A stretch of 64,000 nucleotides of DNA from an uncultured Gammaproteobacteria bacterium. Its GTDB lineage: Bacteria; Pseudomonadota; Gammaproteobacteria; CAWCPV01. Below the pieces are notes generated by a model. The model did no database searches, was not told where the DNA came from, and saw only the letters and a program-made list of their open reading frames with translations. Where the stretch lies: NCBI GenBank assembly GCA_963797555.1, contig CAWCPV010000003.1:320001-384000 (forward strand), given 5' to 3'. Shown one piece after another: positions 1 through 10,294 of this stretch. The position numbers were made by a program, and so were the translations under genes. How positions within the stretch are numbered: position 1 is the first letter of the stretch; each line of letters starts with the position of its first letter.

Positions 1-580
1 GGGGTCCCGGCGTGCCCAGCGCTGGTGCTCCTCTTCCCATTGACGTTTCAGCCGGCTGAGGGTCGAAGGCGACAGCCCCTCGGCCTGCTCGCCTAGCAAT
101 GAAGCCAACGCCTCCTGAAAATCGCCCGTGGAGACTCCCTTCAAATACAGCCAAGGCAGCAACTCCTCCAAGCTCCTGGTGCGCCGCACCGGGAGTGGAA
201 CCGAATGCCTGACCCACTGCGGTCTCGCACCCTGGGCACCTTCACCGCGACCGGCCCCACACCCGTCCGGATCTCACGCTCTGGCAGGTAGCCGTTTCGC
301 ACCACAGCCGCCCGGCCATCCAACGACTTCACGCCCTGGAACTGCCCCAGGAATTCGGTCAGCTCCGCTTCCACCGCCTGCGCAATCAGTTGCCGCGCTC
401 CCGTTCTCAGAAGTTCGGTCAGCAGGTCGCTCGTCTCGCCCTCTGGCACTCTGCCGTCCATCGGTCTATCGTTATCCATCGGCGTATCCTCCACGGCTGG
501 CTTGTGTCTCTGGTCCCTTCACATTCCAGCCGGATACGCCGCCTCACTCAAACCCCGTACACCAGATTCGAGCATAGCTC
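1..580 (-). mobile_element. IS256-family element, 5' part (frameshifted transposase, runs off window)
   Basis: ORF 141..494 has the IS256 N-terminal motif LLRTGARQLIAQAVEAEL...RNGYLPEREIRTGVGPVAVKVPRVRDR; IR-like end near 580. Confidence 0.8.
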
Positions 581-725
581 CCATCTGGCGCTGCACCAGA
601 CTTTGGTAGTCTTTCATCGTGAATCCCCTTCTCTTGGCGGAGATTGGAGATCCACAACGACCGTCGCATAGGTCAAACCTCGGTGAGTCCCCCGGCAAAG
701 CCGGGGGCTTACCTCATTGAGTTAA
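581..725 (-). mobile_element. IS200/IS605-family left end with start of tnpA, truncated
   Basis: Hairpin CCCCCGGC-AAA-GCCGGGGG and leader nearly identical to copies at 16191, 18553 and 22170. Confidence 0.8.
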
Positions 726-946
726 CACACTGAATTCGCATTCGGCCATGTTGAGCCAGCTACCGTGCTTCGGCGTATATAGACGAATTCCAGCTTCTCC
801 AATAGTGCGCGCGCCACAGCCGGTGCAAAGGTCTTGTACAACGAAGCGCCGGTGTGCGTATTCAGATTGTCCATGACCAATGTGATGCGCTGGGCTTCGG
901 GATAGTCCTCTTGTACCAACCGCCGAACCCCCTCGGTAGTTGTCAA
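722..946 (-). pseudogene. IS630-family transposase fragment
   Basis: ITLVMDNLNTH...LEKLEFVY DDE-region motif. Confidence 0.75.
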
Positions 947-1023
947 GATAGTTGTCGTGTTGAGTTACGCTGCTTTGGTCAGTGGACGGTCCACCTGGGG
1001 ACGGTCCGTTTGGGGGTTAAGCC

Positions 1024-2180
1024 CATCCCATTACACACAACTCAAAGGACCTGAGCCTCACGGGCGTAGTGCAGTCCTGCGGCGAAGTCCATGACGCGCT
1101 GCAGCCCTTGCCAGAGGGTCTTCACGCCGGGCTCGCCGTCGGCCTTGCGCCCCAGGAAGCCGCCGAGCCTGGCGATGAGGCGCACCACCTCGTTGAGGTG
1201 GGGTGGCTTCTTCGGTAAGCGTTTCTTGTTCAAGAGGAAGGCCGCCTGCCATTCGCTGCGATCGAACAGAAGCTCCGCATCCAGCTCCGGACAGGTGCGC
1301 CCCAGGCGCATGAGGCGGGCGATGAGCCAGGCGACCACCATGAATAGCGCCAACGCCCGTTCCAGGCATTCGAGGCTGCTGAGCTGCAGGGCCTCCACCC
1401 GGCAGACGTTCTTCAGCACGTGGAAGAAGAGGTTTATCTCCCAGCGGGCGCGATACCAGTCGATGAACTCCGCCCTCGGGCAGCGCACGGTTGTGCTGAG
1501 AGCGGACCAACCCGTCGGCTGGCTGCCCCAGGTCGCGCGCTTTGACCATCAGGGCTATGATGTCGGCCTCCCGGTCAGCCACATACACCAGTCGGGTGTC
1601 CGGAAGTTCGGACGCCCGCTCGGTAATCCGCTCATAGCCTTCCACCCAGCGGGTACTTTCCAGAACACCTCCCCGACGGCCTTCGGCGTCCTTCGGCTCG
1701 CGCGCCCACATCCACGCATCCAGCATGCCCAACGGCTCGCGCGTGAGCGTCACCGCGTAAGTCGAGTGCACATACATGCCCCGTTGGGCCTCATAGCTCA
1801 ATGGCCCCAAGCCGGCATGTCCTGTCCGTTGAAATCAACCTCCGTGGTATCTTGGATGCACAGCACGATTTCGTGCTCCCGCATCCGTGCCGCAGAACAC
1901 CGCCAGTGCGGCTCCAGGAGGTCACGCCAGTCCATCTCCTCTTGGGCAAAAACCGGTATACCCCCTGGGTCTCCGGCCAGCCCCACACGCTCCTGGAATG
2001 CTCGCCGTCGGCTTCTCCGCCAGCCACTCAGCAAGCAACACCGCTCGCTTGTCCAGCCGCTTGTCACCCAGGTTGATACCCTTGAACTCCTCTGCCGCCC
2101 AGCTCATCCCTACACCCTCCATTTTGTAGCATTGTGTCAGGATGTTACACGAGTGTACTCAAGTTGTGTGTAATGGGATG
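1024..2180 (-). mobile_element. IS4-family (IS50/Tn5-like) element, frameshifted or internally deleted
   Basis: TIRs CATCCCATTACACACAACT (1024) and AGTTGTGTGTAATGGGATG (to 2180); 9-bp TSD GGTTAAGCC at 1015-1023 and 2181-2189; WYRARWEINLFFHVLK and LGGFLGRKADGEPG motifs. Confidence 0.9.
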
Positions 2181-2191
2181 GGTTAAGCCAC

Positions 2192-3306
2192 TGTATAGCT
2201 CCGATTTCTCTGGACACGAGGGGAAGTGATACTTGAGGTGTCATGCAGAGAAGATTGGAGATGGCCAAGAAGTCCGCGTTGAGCCCTGCAGGGCATTCGC
2301 AGCTTGTGTTGCGGCTGTTGAGCAAGGAAGAGTCGGCGGCCCAGATCGCGCGCCGGGCTGGGGTGTCGGAGCAGAGCCTGTAGCGCTGGCGTGATGAGTT
2401 TCTGAGCGCCGGCAAACAGGCGCTGGCCGGACGGGATGCCGACCGGGAGCAGGCATTACAAGCACATTGCGGTGGTGGCGCGTCGCCAGGGTTTGGCAGT
2501 GAGCAACAAGGTGGTCTACCGGGTGTTCAAGGCCGCCGGGCTGTTGCAAAAGCGCCGGGTACGCGAAGCGGCACTGTATCAGGCGGCGCGTCTGTTCGAG
2601 CTGCTGCCCTCCAAGCCGAACGAGCTGTGGCAGGCCGATGTCACTTATCTGCACATCCCGGGACACGGGTGGTGGTACGCGGTCACCGTCATCGACTACT
2701 ACTCGCGTTACCTGCTTGCCTGTCACTTCACGGCCAGCTACAGCGCGCCGGAGGTCGCCGCCGCCCTCGATAGCGCCCGCGCCGAAGCCGAGCGGCTGCA
2801 CGGACCCCTGGCGAAGCCCCCGTTCTTGGTGACCGACAACGGCTCAAGCTTCCTCGCCCGGCACTTCCAACGGCACATCGACGGGCACTACACCCATGTG
2901 CGCATCCAATACCGCACCCCGACCCAGCTCGGGCTGCTGGAGCGCTTTCATCAGACGCTCAAGACCCGAGGAGGTTACTGGAACCTCTACCAAAGCCCAG
3001 GCGAGGCACGAGCCTCTTTGGAGCGGTTCCGAAGCCGCTACAACGAGGTGCGACCCCACTGGGCGTTGCTCCCCGTGGGCGGGGGTGACCCGTTCACTCC
3101 GGCCGATGTCTATGTCCAGGGGCAAGCAAAGTCCAGCTCCCAAAGTGGCAAGGCTGGGCGAAAGCGGCCAGAGAGAAGCTCAAGCAGATGGCCGAAGGCG
3201 CTCACCTGCCCCTCGGGGCTGAGGCCTCGGAAGCGGTCTCCTGATACCGGTGAGTACTCTCACAAAATCAGGTCGGACGTGTCCAGTTGATTTCGGAGCC
3301 AAGACA
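2192..3306 (+). mobile_element. IS3-family element; orfA has an internal stop, orfB 2436..3290 carries the integrase core
   Basis: TG...CA imperfect TIRs; PNELWQADVTY, LVTDNGSSF and ERFHQTLK motifs. Confidence 0.85.
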
Positions 3307-3362
3307 GGGTGGTCTGAAGGAAGACCGAGCGTAAGTGACGGTGCAAAAACAAGTAAAACATT

Positions 3363-4757
3363 TTATGAAAATGATCCGCTGGGATCCACCACATAGTTCC
3401 ACTGTCCGAGAACTTCATCGTGGCGAATAAATTTGTCTTTAATAGCGTGGAATGTATCGGAGCACTTCCGCCCCAGTGCGTAGCTTGTGTCGAGAATACG
3501 GGCGGTAACCCGCAAGCCAGTTTTGGTATGGGTACGCTCTACGGTTTCCAGTGCGGTCTGGGGTGAGTCCAGGATGACGCCGCGCCAGGATCGCTCGACG
3601 TGGCTGAACAAGCGGTGCTCAATGGGATTCCACTTGGTAAGTATAAGGCGGGTAGTGCGCGATACGCAGGCGACGCCCCAAGCGCTTGGCGAGCGCCACG
3701 AGGTCTTCCTTGAAGCGATGGGAGCGCGCGGCGTTGGCGCCGCCGGCGTCGCAGAGCAACAGGATCTCCTCAGCCTCGGGGCAATGGGCGCGGCGGTCCT
3801 CCTCCCACGCCAGTGCGATGGCCTCGCAGACGAACGCACTGGTTTCCCGCGAGGTGCCCAGCGTCAGGAAGCCGACGTTGGCGAAGTAGTCGTAAACGCC
3901 ATGGGGCACCAACAGACCGCTGGCCAGGTGACGAAAATCGTGATCGTACACGTACTGCTCGGCGCTTCTGTAGCATTGCCCACGCCGATACCGGGCGCCG
4001 AGCAGCTCCTTCTTCTTGGTATCGGCAGACAGCACCGGGATGCCCCGGCGCCGGGCCAAACGAGGCAACGCATCGATATAACGAAACTGTTGGTCGCGCT
4101 CGCGCGGGTCGACCTGTCCGGTGATCAACTCCTTGCGCAGGGAACGACGCCGATAGCCGGCCCGCTCCAAAAGTTGCGCCGCCGTGTTGCGGCCGATCTC
4201 GTAGCCACGTTGGAGCAGTTCCTGCGCCAGTTCCAGCGGTTTCAGATCCGTCCAACGTACCGTCTCGTCGGTCGGACTGCCGGCGCTGTGGGCTTCAAGA
4301 ATGTCGCCGACCGTCGCCTCCAGCCCCGCGTGGCGTTCGGTGATCTTCGGTCGACCACCGCCTGGCCGCCGGATGCGCTTGGCATCGCCACTGGGACGCC
4401 CCGGGTGTTCGGGATCGTCGTTGCGCATCTCCTCCAACTCGCGAATCCCGGTGTAGATCGTGCACCGGCTCATGCCCAAGACCCGCGACACGTAGGCGAT
4501 GCCGCCGAAACCGATCTTCAACGCCTCAAGCGCCGCGTAGCGCCGCCGATGGTCCTCCGGCAACGAACGGCAATAGAGCCTCATGAATTCTTCGTGCGAC
4601 GCTTCATAACCGGGAAACTCGTTCATGGCGTTACCCACGGACTGGGCTAAGCAGACATCATGTTTGCATCAATATTGTTCCCGTTCAAGCAACTATCGGC
4701 CCAGGTCCAGACTCTACACCACGAAAGCTGGATAACTTGTTAGTGAACCGTTCCTAA
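3363..4757 (-). mobile_element. ISAzo13-family transposase, frameshifted (3619..4638 plus 3363..3839)
   Basis: RRRYAALEALKIGFGGI, SADTKKKE, CDAGGAN and KWNPIEHRLFS motifs. Confidence 0.85.
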
Positions 4758-4842
4758 AGATGCGAGCCGACCTACCCGAGTTTGCCCCGTCTCCTGACAC
4801 GGACCCGTCGTGTACTGGGGCTGGAATGGCTGAACACGTTGC

Positions 4843-4896
4843 GGGAGTTGGTGGGCGATGCTGGGTTCGAACCAGCGACCCCTGCCGTGTGAAGGC
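4843..4896 (-). repeat. att site of E1: 54-bp duplication of the tRNA-Val 3' end
   Basis: Identical to 14659-14712. Confidence 0.95.
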
Positions 4897-4992
4897 GTTT
4901 TTGACCCACTGCAAGACTAAGGCCGTCGCTACTGTGGCAACGGACATTAGTAGACGCTTGTGCACCAAAGTAGCCCGAAATATATTCAACTT

Positions 4993-5037
4993 GCACTTAC
5001 ATAGCACTTACGGTTGGGACGCTGCCGTTGCACTTAC
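4993..5037 (+). repeat. Putative integrase arm-type sites, GCACTTAC x3 (also x2 at 14598-14616)
   Basis: Same octamer in 11-bp-spaced pairs just inside both att ends. Confidence 0.6.
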
Positions 5038-5296
5038 TGCGCGGGCGCGGCTGGTGAGGCCAGTTGACGCGAGGAAAAATTGCCGTCAACATGGGAACGC
5101 GACTGTGCTATGACCCCCGCACGGATGGCGGGGCGAGTCAGCGTCGGGTTTCGCGCGTCATCGAGCGCGCTAACTTGTCAGCGCACCTGACAACTTTTTG
5201 GCCGCCCGTTAGAGACTGAGTACGTTCAGCCAGGGCCTAGATTCTCTCCCGGGCGGGGGATTCAGGCACTGGTGCGTCCGTCTTTGAAGGACCCAT

Positions 5297-5331
5297 AAGC
5301 CGATCCTCTTCGCCCTGGGGGATCGGCTTTT
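5297..5331 (+). terminator. Hairpin plus T-run upstream of the alpA-like gene (terminator or attenuator)
   Basis: AAGCCGATCC...GGATCGGCTT followed by TT. Confidence 0.45.
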
Positions 5332-5352
5332 CGCGTTTTGAGGGTCTAACCA

Positions 5353-5581
5353 ATGGGCGATCGTTCGCTTTCCCGCCGCGGGATGACTTCCGTCGAGGCG
5401 GCCGAATATCTCTCTGTCAGTGATTCCTTTTTGCGGCGCTCGCGTTGCGAAGGCGACCGCGAAGGCCGCGCGGCCGGGCCACCTTGGTCCAAGATCGGCC
5501 GACGCATCATCTACGCGATAGCCAGACCTGGACAGCGTGGTTGGCTCGCACCGCCGCACCAGTCCCACCAAGGCTGCCTGA
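5353..5581 (+). CDS. AlpA/excisionase-like HTH protein (apparent frameshift near 5523)
   Basis: EAAEYLSVSDSFLRR...GPPWSKIGRRIIY continues as DLDAWL in another frame. Confidence 0.7.
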
Positions 5582-5726
5582 CCATGGCCGCCGATCGCCG
5601 CTACACCCCGCCTCCACCGCAGGCAGACCGCCGCCGCCCTGGACCGCCACCGGAGCGGCCCCGGCACCGCTCCGAACGGTTGCCGCGCGTGCCGACACCG
5701 GCGCTGAAGAAGAAAGGGCGCATGTC

Positions 5727-6014
5727 ATGAGCGCCACCAGGAGCGCTCGGGGCGACCCCGGGCCCCAGAACGACGACGGCCCCGAGGCTGGGCACCTCGA
5801 GGCCGCGGAGCAGACAACACCGACGCCTCAGGATACCACAACTTGCGCCGCGTGCGAACGCCCGGCCGCCCCAGGGCGCATCCTCTGCGCGCAGCACCAG
5901 CGCGATCTCACCCGCCTTCCATGGCGCTGCTCAGTCTGCGGTGAGCCCAACGACGGCCGCGAGAGCGGGCTGTGCTTGCGGCACCTACGCGAAGTCAGTG
6001 GGTGGCCGACATGA
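5727..6014 (+). CDS. Small Cys/His zinc-finger-like protein
   Basis: CAAC...CAQH...CSVC...CLRH; homologous segment in E2 at ~26980-27130. Confidence 0.6.
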   Translation: MSATRSARGDPGPQNDDGPEAGHLEAAEQTTPTPQDTTTCAACERPAAPGRILCAQHQRDLTRLPWRCSVCGEPNDGRESGLCLRHLREVSGWPT

Positions 6015-7934
6015 GCAAATCCCTATATGAACGCGGCCTGGAGCTGGACCGTGCGGAGGCCAAGGTCGACGCTGCCCGCAAACGCCGTGAGCGGCGCAAG
6101 GCCAACGGGGCGGGCGAGGCCCCGGCGACCGACGCGGATGGCAGGCCGGTTATTCACTGGGTGGGTGGTGCGCTTGAACAAGCGGTGTCCGCTGCCGAGG
6201 CCGCCATCCTGGCCGACGGAGGGGAGGCCATCTACCAACGCGCGGGATCATTGGTGCGCGTGGTACGGCTGCCGTCCGGCACCGTTCGAGGATTCAAGCG
6301 CCCCGATGGCACGCTGGGCATCCTGCCCGTGGAAGCCGGCTATCTCACGGAGCGGTTCAGTGTGGCCGCTAGTTGGGTACGCTGGGACGACAGGACGATC
6401 GATGGGTGGAAGCGGATCGCCCCCCCGCCCAAGCGGCGAATACCTACCTGGCTCGGAGCGGGAAGTGGAGCGTGCCAGCACTCACGGGGCTGGTCGCGAC
6501 ACCCACGCTGCGCCCGGATGGAAGCCTGCTGAGCCTCCCTGGGTACGACGAGGCGACCGGGCTGCTGTACGTGCCGGGAGGACTCGTATGTCCTTCGATA
6601 CCCGATCATCCGACCTATGAGGACGCGCGAGCCGCGATCGAGGTACTGCGCGAGCCGTTGGCGGGCTTCCCGTTTGCCGACACGCAAGCCATAGCGTCGT
6701 ACTGTCCGCAATCCTCACGGCGCTCTGCCGCCATGCGCTGCGCTCGGCACCGCTGCTCGGCTTCGATGCGACCGTCATGGGGAGCGGCAAGACTCTTCTG
6801 GCCGACGTGGTGGCGATGATAGCCACCGGCCGCCGAGCTGTCATCATGGCGCACTCGCCCCAACCCGAAGAGGAACGTAAGCGCCTGCTCTCTGTGCTGT
6901 TGGATGGCGCGCCGCTGGTGGTGGTCGACAACATCGGGGCGACGTGGACATCCGACGCGCTGTCCGCAGTTCTGACCGCGGAGACCTTCAAGGATCGCGT
7001 GTTGGGGGCGAACCGCATGGTAGAGGCACCTACGGCGGTTACCTGGCTCGCGACGGGGAACAACCTGACGTTTGCCGGAGACCTGGCAACGCGCGTGTTG
7101 GTGGCTCGCATCGAGCCTCAGTGTGAGCGCCCCGAGGAGCGTCGGTTCGAGCGCGATCTCTATGACTGGATACCACGGCACCGGGGAATCCCGGTGGCCG
7201 CCGCACTGACCATCCTGCGCGCATACCAGGAGTCGGGCAGGCCAGACATGAAGGTGAAGCCATACGGACGCTTCGAGGACTGGTCGTCATGGATTCGATC
7301 GGCGCTCGTGTGGCTCGGGGAAGCGGACCCTTGCGATACACGCGGCAGTATCGAGGACGCTGATCCGGTGCGATCTCAATTGCGGGATCTGCTAGGCGCC
7401 TGGCATGAGCGTTATGGCACTTCCGCGGAGACGATAGCGCGCGCCATCGATGGCGGAGGAGACCCACTGCGTGCAGCAATGTATGCGATTGCCGGAGAGC
7501 GCAACGACATCAACACGCGAAAGCTCGGGCGTTGGATGCTGCGGCACAAGGGGCGCATTGTCGACGGCAAGAGCTTTGGCCAGCACCGGAGCGGGCACGC
7601 GGCGCGATGGGCTGTCGTGGTGACTCAAAAAGAAGGTAGCGGTTATTGCTCTAAATGCGGTTACCCCCATAGGGTGGATCAAAATTGTCAAAACAACACA
7701 GATAGTGTGGATAATAAAGAGACCGACAATTCTGGGGGGGTGAGTGGGGCAAACCGCAAACATACCAGTAACCGCAGACCCGAGACCCGCCAACCCGGCT
7801 CCGGCGACCACCTCGTGCGCTGCGCCGATTGCTCGCGTTACCGTTGGGCAGAGCGTTGCGGCGCCGGGCTGTACTCGGGCGATCCGTTGAAGCCTAGGGA
7901 CTGTCCCGAGTTCGAGGTGCGATCAGGCACATGA
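6011..7934 (+). CDS. Satellite replication P-loop ATPase/helicase, split across frames (6011-6532, 6373-6819, 6777-7934)
   Basis: YQRAGSLVRV and PTLRPDGS..PGYDEATGL motifs, Walker A GSGKT, Walker B VVVDN, ATGNNL. Confidence 0.7.
7639..7775. promoter_or_regulatory. Candidate replication origin of E1
   Basis: GCGGTTA x2 facing (T/A)AACCGC x2 around an AT-rich core containing DnaA box TGTGGATAA (7706-7714). Confidence 0.5.
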
Positions 7935-7947
7935 TGGAGGTGCAACG

Positions 7948-8367
7948 ATGAAGACGTTTCCAAAGTTCGATGCTGCGAAGCAGGGGTTACCAGCGTGGTT
8001 CGTCTATCAGACCGAGCCGCTGGATTTTTTCTTTGGGTTGTCGAGCCTGGAGCATGCCGCGAAGGACGCGCTTGCGATGGATGATGGCTATGGGCGCGAG
8101 AGATTGATGACCTCGCTGGTGAAGCAGGCCATGGAGGCCGCTTATGTGGTCTCCAAGGCGAAGGGTTCCTATTGGGAAGGAGACATTCGGGCGAGTGAGT
8201 TGTACGTTTTCGGAATACCGGACCCGGAGAACCATGGTGTGCGGCATGGATTCATCTGGAAACAGGACAACAACGGTACGACGTTCATCGTGAGTCCCGT
8301 ACAGATTCCTTGGCTAGAGGATAGCCTGTTGGTGGAGCAGCCACGCACCGGGACAGCCGGCGCATGA
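7948..8367 (+). CDS. Hypothetical protein
   Basis: GGAGG RBS, protein-like composition, operonic. Confidence 0.75.
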   Translation: MKTFPKFDAAKQGLPAWFVYQTEPLDFFFGLSSLEHAAKDALAMDDGYGRERLMTSLVKQAMEAAYVVSKAKGSYWEGDIRASELYVFGIPDPENHGVRHGFIWKQDNNGTTFIVSPVQIPWLEDSLLVEQPRTGTAGA

Positions 8368-8392
8368 CGTTCAACACGAGAGGGCAACCGAC

Positions 8393-8872
8393 ATGACGAA
8401 GAAGGACAAGACAGCCGTTCACAAAAAAGCGCGGGATGTGCGAATCGGCGGGCCGATCGCCCCAATGATTGTGGCGCTTGAGTGTGATCCTACGGGGGAC
8501 AATTGGCGCGTTTGCGGTGTGTGCGGCCGGGACATGAAAGACGACTACGGGGTGGTTGCTGAGGCCAAGCGAACGCTCTGGGATGCCGATGATTTTGTGG
8601 TGTGCGAGCATTGCATCAAGGATGGCGATGTGCCGGAGAAGCTCATAAAGCGCGCCAAAGCTCTGGAAGACAAAGCCGCAGATCTGCGAAATCTGGCCGG
8701 CCGAATAGTGGTCCCGAGCTTCGAGGATTGGCAGCGTGCGAATTATCGGCACGACGCCGCGTTCTGCCGAGCGCGCGGGTATCCCGTGGAGACGTTCGAG
8801 GAATGGATCGCGAGGCGGGAGAAGATCAAGGAGGAAAAAGAGCCCGTGGACGATCACACGGGAGCGATGTAG
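8393..8872 (+). CDS. Hypothetical protein with CxxC...CxxC
   Basis: GAGGG RBS; CGVC and CEHC. Confidence 0.7.
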   Translation: MTKKDKTAVHKKARDVRIGGPIAPMIVALECDPTGDNWRVCGVCGRDMKDDYGVVAEAKRTLWDADDFVVCEHCIKDGDVPEKLIKRAKALEDKAADLRNLAGRIVVPSFEDWQRANYRHDAAFCRARGYPVETFEEWIARREKIKEEKEPVDDHTGAM

Positions 8873-8958
8873 TTCGTGAGTGACAGACCTTCGAGGAGTA
8901 TTGCGAGGGGCGGTGGGAAATGAGCCGAGTTAATGCCAGAGATCGGAGAGGGTTGGAG

Positions 8959-9120
8959 CACTTGTCTTATCATTCGACAAGTGTTTGTTGCAAAATGTTA
9001 CCAATTGGTAACACTTCTTCATGGTGCCGTGAAGAAGTTAGGAGCGCCAGATTGCCGAAGCGGATGGGACGGTGAGGCACCAAACAGTCATGCGGTCTAC
9101 TGTTACAAATGTAACAGTAG
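8959..9120. repeat. Cluster of three unrelated palindromes
   Basis: CACTTGTC-N9-GACAAGTG (8959-8983), TGTTACCAATTGGTAACA (8996-9013), CTACTGTTACA-AA-TGTAACAGTAG (9097-9120). Confidence 0.9.
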
Positions 9121-9156
9121 CGGTTCTGACTTATTCTGTGACCAGAGAGATCTTCA

Positions 9157-9219
9157 AAAGGTACTCCCGGCCTTCCCCAATTGCGGCGGCCAAGCCCGCG
9201 GAATCTCGCTAGCGTAACG
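9157..9219 (+). promoter_or_regulatory. Lambda-like cos (cosQ/cosN-like) packaging site candidate
   Basis: AGGTACT...TTGCG-GCGGCCAAGCC-CGCGG..TCGCTA directly before terS; conserved at 30725-30787. Confidence 0.6.
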
Positions 9220-9240
9220 TCCCCCTAGAGGGTTCCTTCC

Positions 9241-9798
9241 TTGGGAAAGTTGGTTAATAAGCGAGCATTGGCGGAGATTTTCGACATCAGCGAGCGGACG
9301 ATTACCGGGCTGTTGAAGCTCGGGTTGCCCATCGAGAAGCGCGCTGTTCGAGGCCGTCCGCACGTGTTCGACACGGCGCACGTGGTTGCTTGGTTGATCG
9401 AGCGTGAGGCCGCCAAGCATAAACCCAGCAGCAGCAACGGCGATGGGCGGCGCCTGGATTTGGATCAGGAACGAGCCATGCTCGCAGCCGCTGATCGCGC
9501 GTTGAAGGAACAAACCCTGCGCGCGCGGTCTGGCGAGCTTGTTTCCGCATCCTGGGTGCGGACTTCCGCTCGAGCGCTCTGTGGAACCGTTCGCGAGCGG
9601 TTCGAGGTCCTGCCGGATAGACTGTCTGCAATTCTCGCGGCCGAGAGCGACGAGCGCAAGATTTATGATCTGATGGCACGCGAGATACGCTTTGTGCTAG
9701 GTGAACTCGCTGAGGGTTCGAAAGCTTTCGGAGGTTCCGATGATGTTGAAAAGACTGAGCCCACTATGGACAGCGACGGCGCGGATCGTCCCGCCTGA
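9241..9798 (+). CDS. terS: Terminase small subunit, lambda Nu1-like
   Basis: VNKRALAEIFDISERTI..GLP...FDTAHVVAW, DLDQERA and GELV motifs. Confidence 0.85.
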   Translation: MGKLVNKRALAEIFDISERTITGLLKLGLPIEKRAVRGRPHVFDTAHVVAWLIEREAAKHKPSSSNGDGRRLDLDQERAMLAAADRALKEQTLRARSGELVSASWVRTSARALCGTVRERFEVLPDRLSAILAAESDERKIYDLMAREIRFVLGELAEGSKAFGGSDDVEKTEPTMDSDGADRPA

Positions 9799-9981
9799 GC
9801 ACCACGAAAAACTCCGCGCGCTGTTCGAGGTAATGGAAGAGCGCCTTGACGTAGAGTTGGATCTAACCGTCGCTCTCGTCGCAAAACAGGCGATAGCCGA
9901 TACCTTGGACGCTATACGAGCCGGATTCAGCGCGGGATTCGCACCACCACCACCACCGAAACACTGATAGGAGATCGCACC

Positions 9982-10194
9982 ATGCCAAAACTCGAATTAC
10001 TCGCCGAACTGTGGACGTGCATTGCGCCAAGGCTCAAGAAGGCGGACCTGGACGAAGCCCACGCTTCGTTCGTTCGCGTCGAGGCCGAGCTGGCCGCCCG
10101 GCTCTCTGCCCTGTTGGCGGGTGCGGTCAACGTCGAGGCCGGCGCCAAGCCTCCACCGAGGCCACCGACCGCCTCACCGGTTCCGCGAGCGTAA
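9982..10194 (+). CDS. Small hypothetical protein
   Basis: GGAG RBS; homologous to 31416-31622 in E2. Confidence 0.6.
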   Translation: MPKLELLAELWTCIAPRLKKADLDEAHASFVRVEAELAARLSALLAGAVNVEAGAKPPPRPPTASPVPRA

Positions 10195-10294
10195 TACGGG
10201 AAGATCCGCGGATGTCGGGCGATGGCCATCAGCATCCGGATCGGTTCCGCCAACGTTGGCGGAACCATCATCCTACGCCCGCGGGACTAGCGCC

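Noticed and set aside
4843-4896. Second tRNA-Val gene (and second tRNA-Leu at 24695-24755)
   Set aside because: Only the 3' parts are present, without D-arm or 5' acceptor strand; these are att sites
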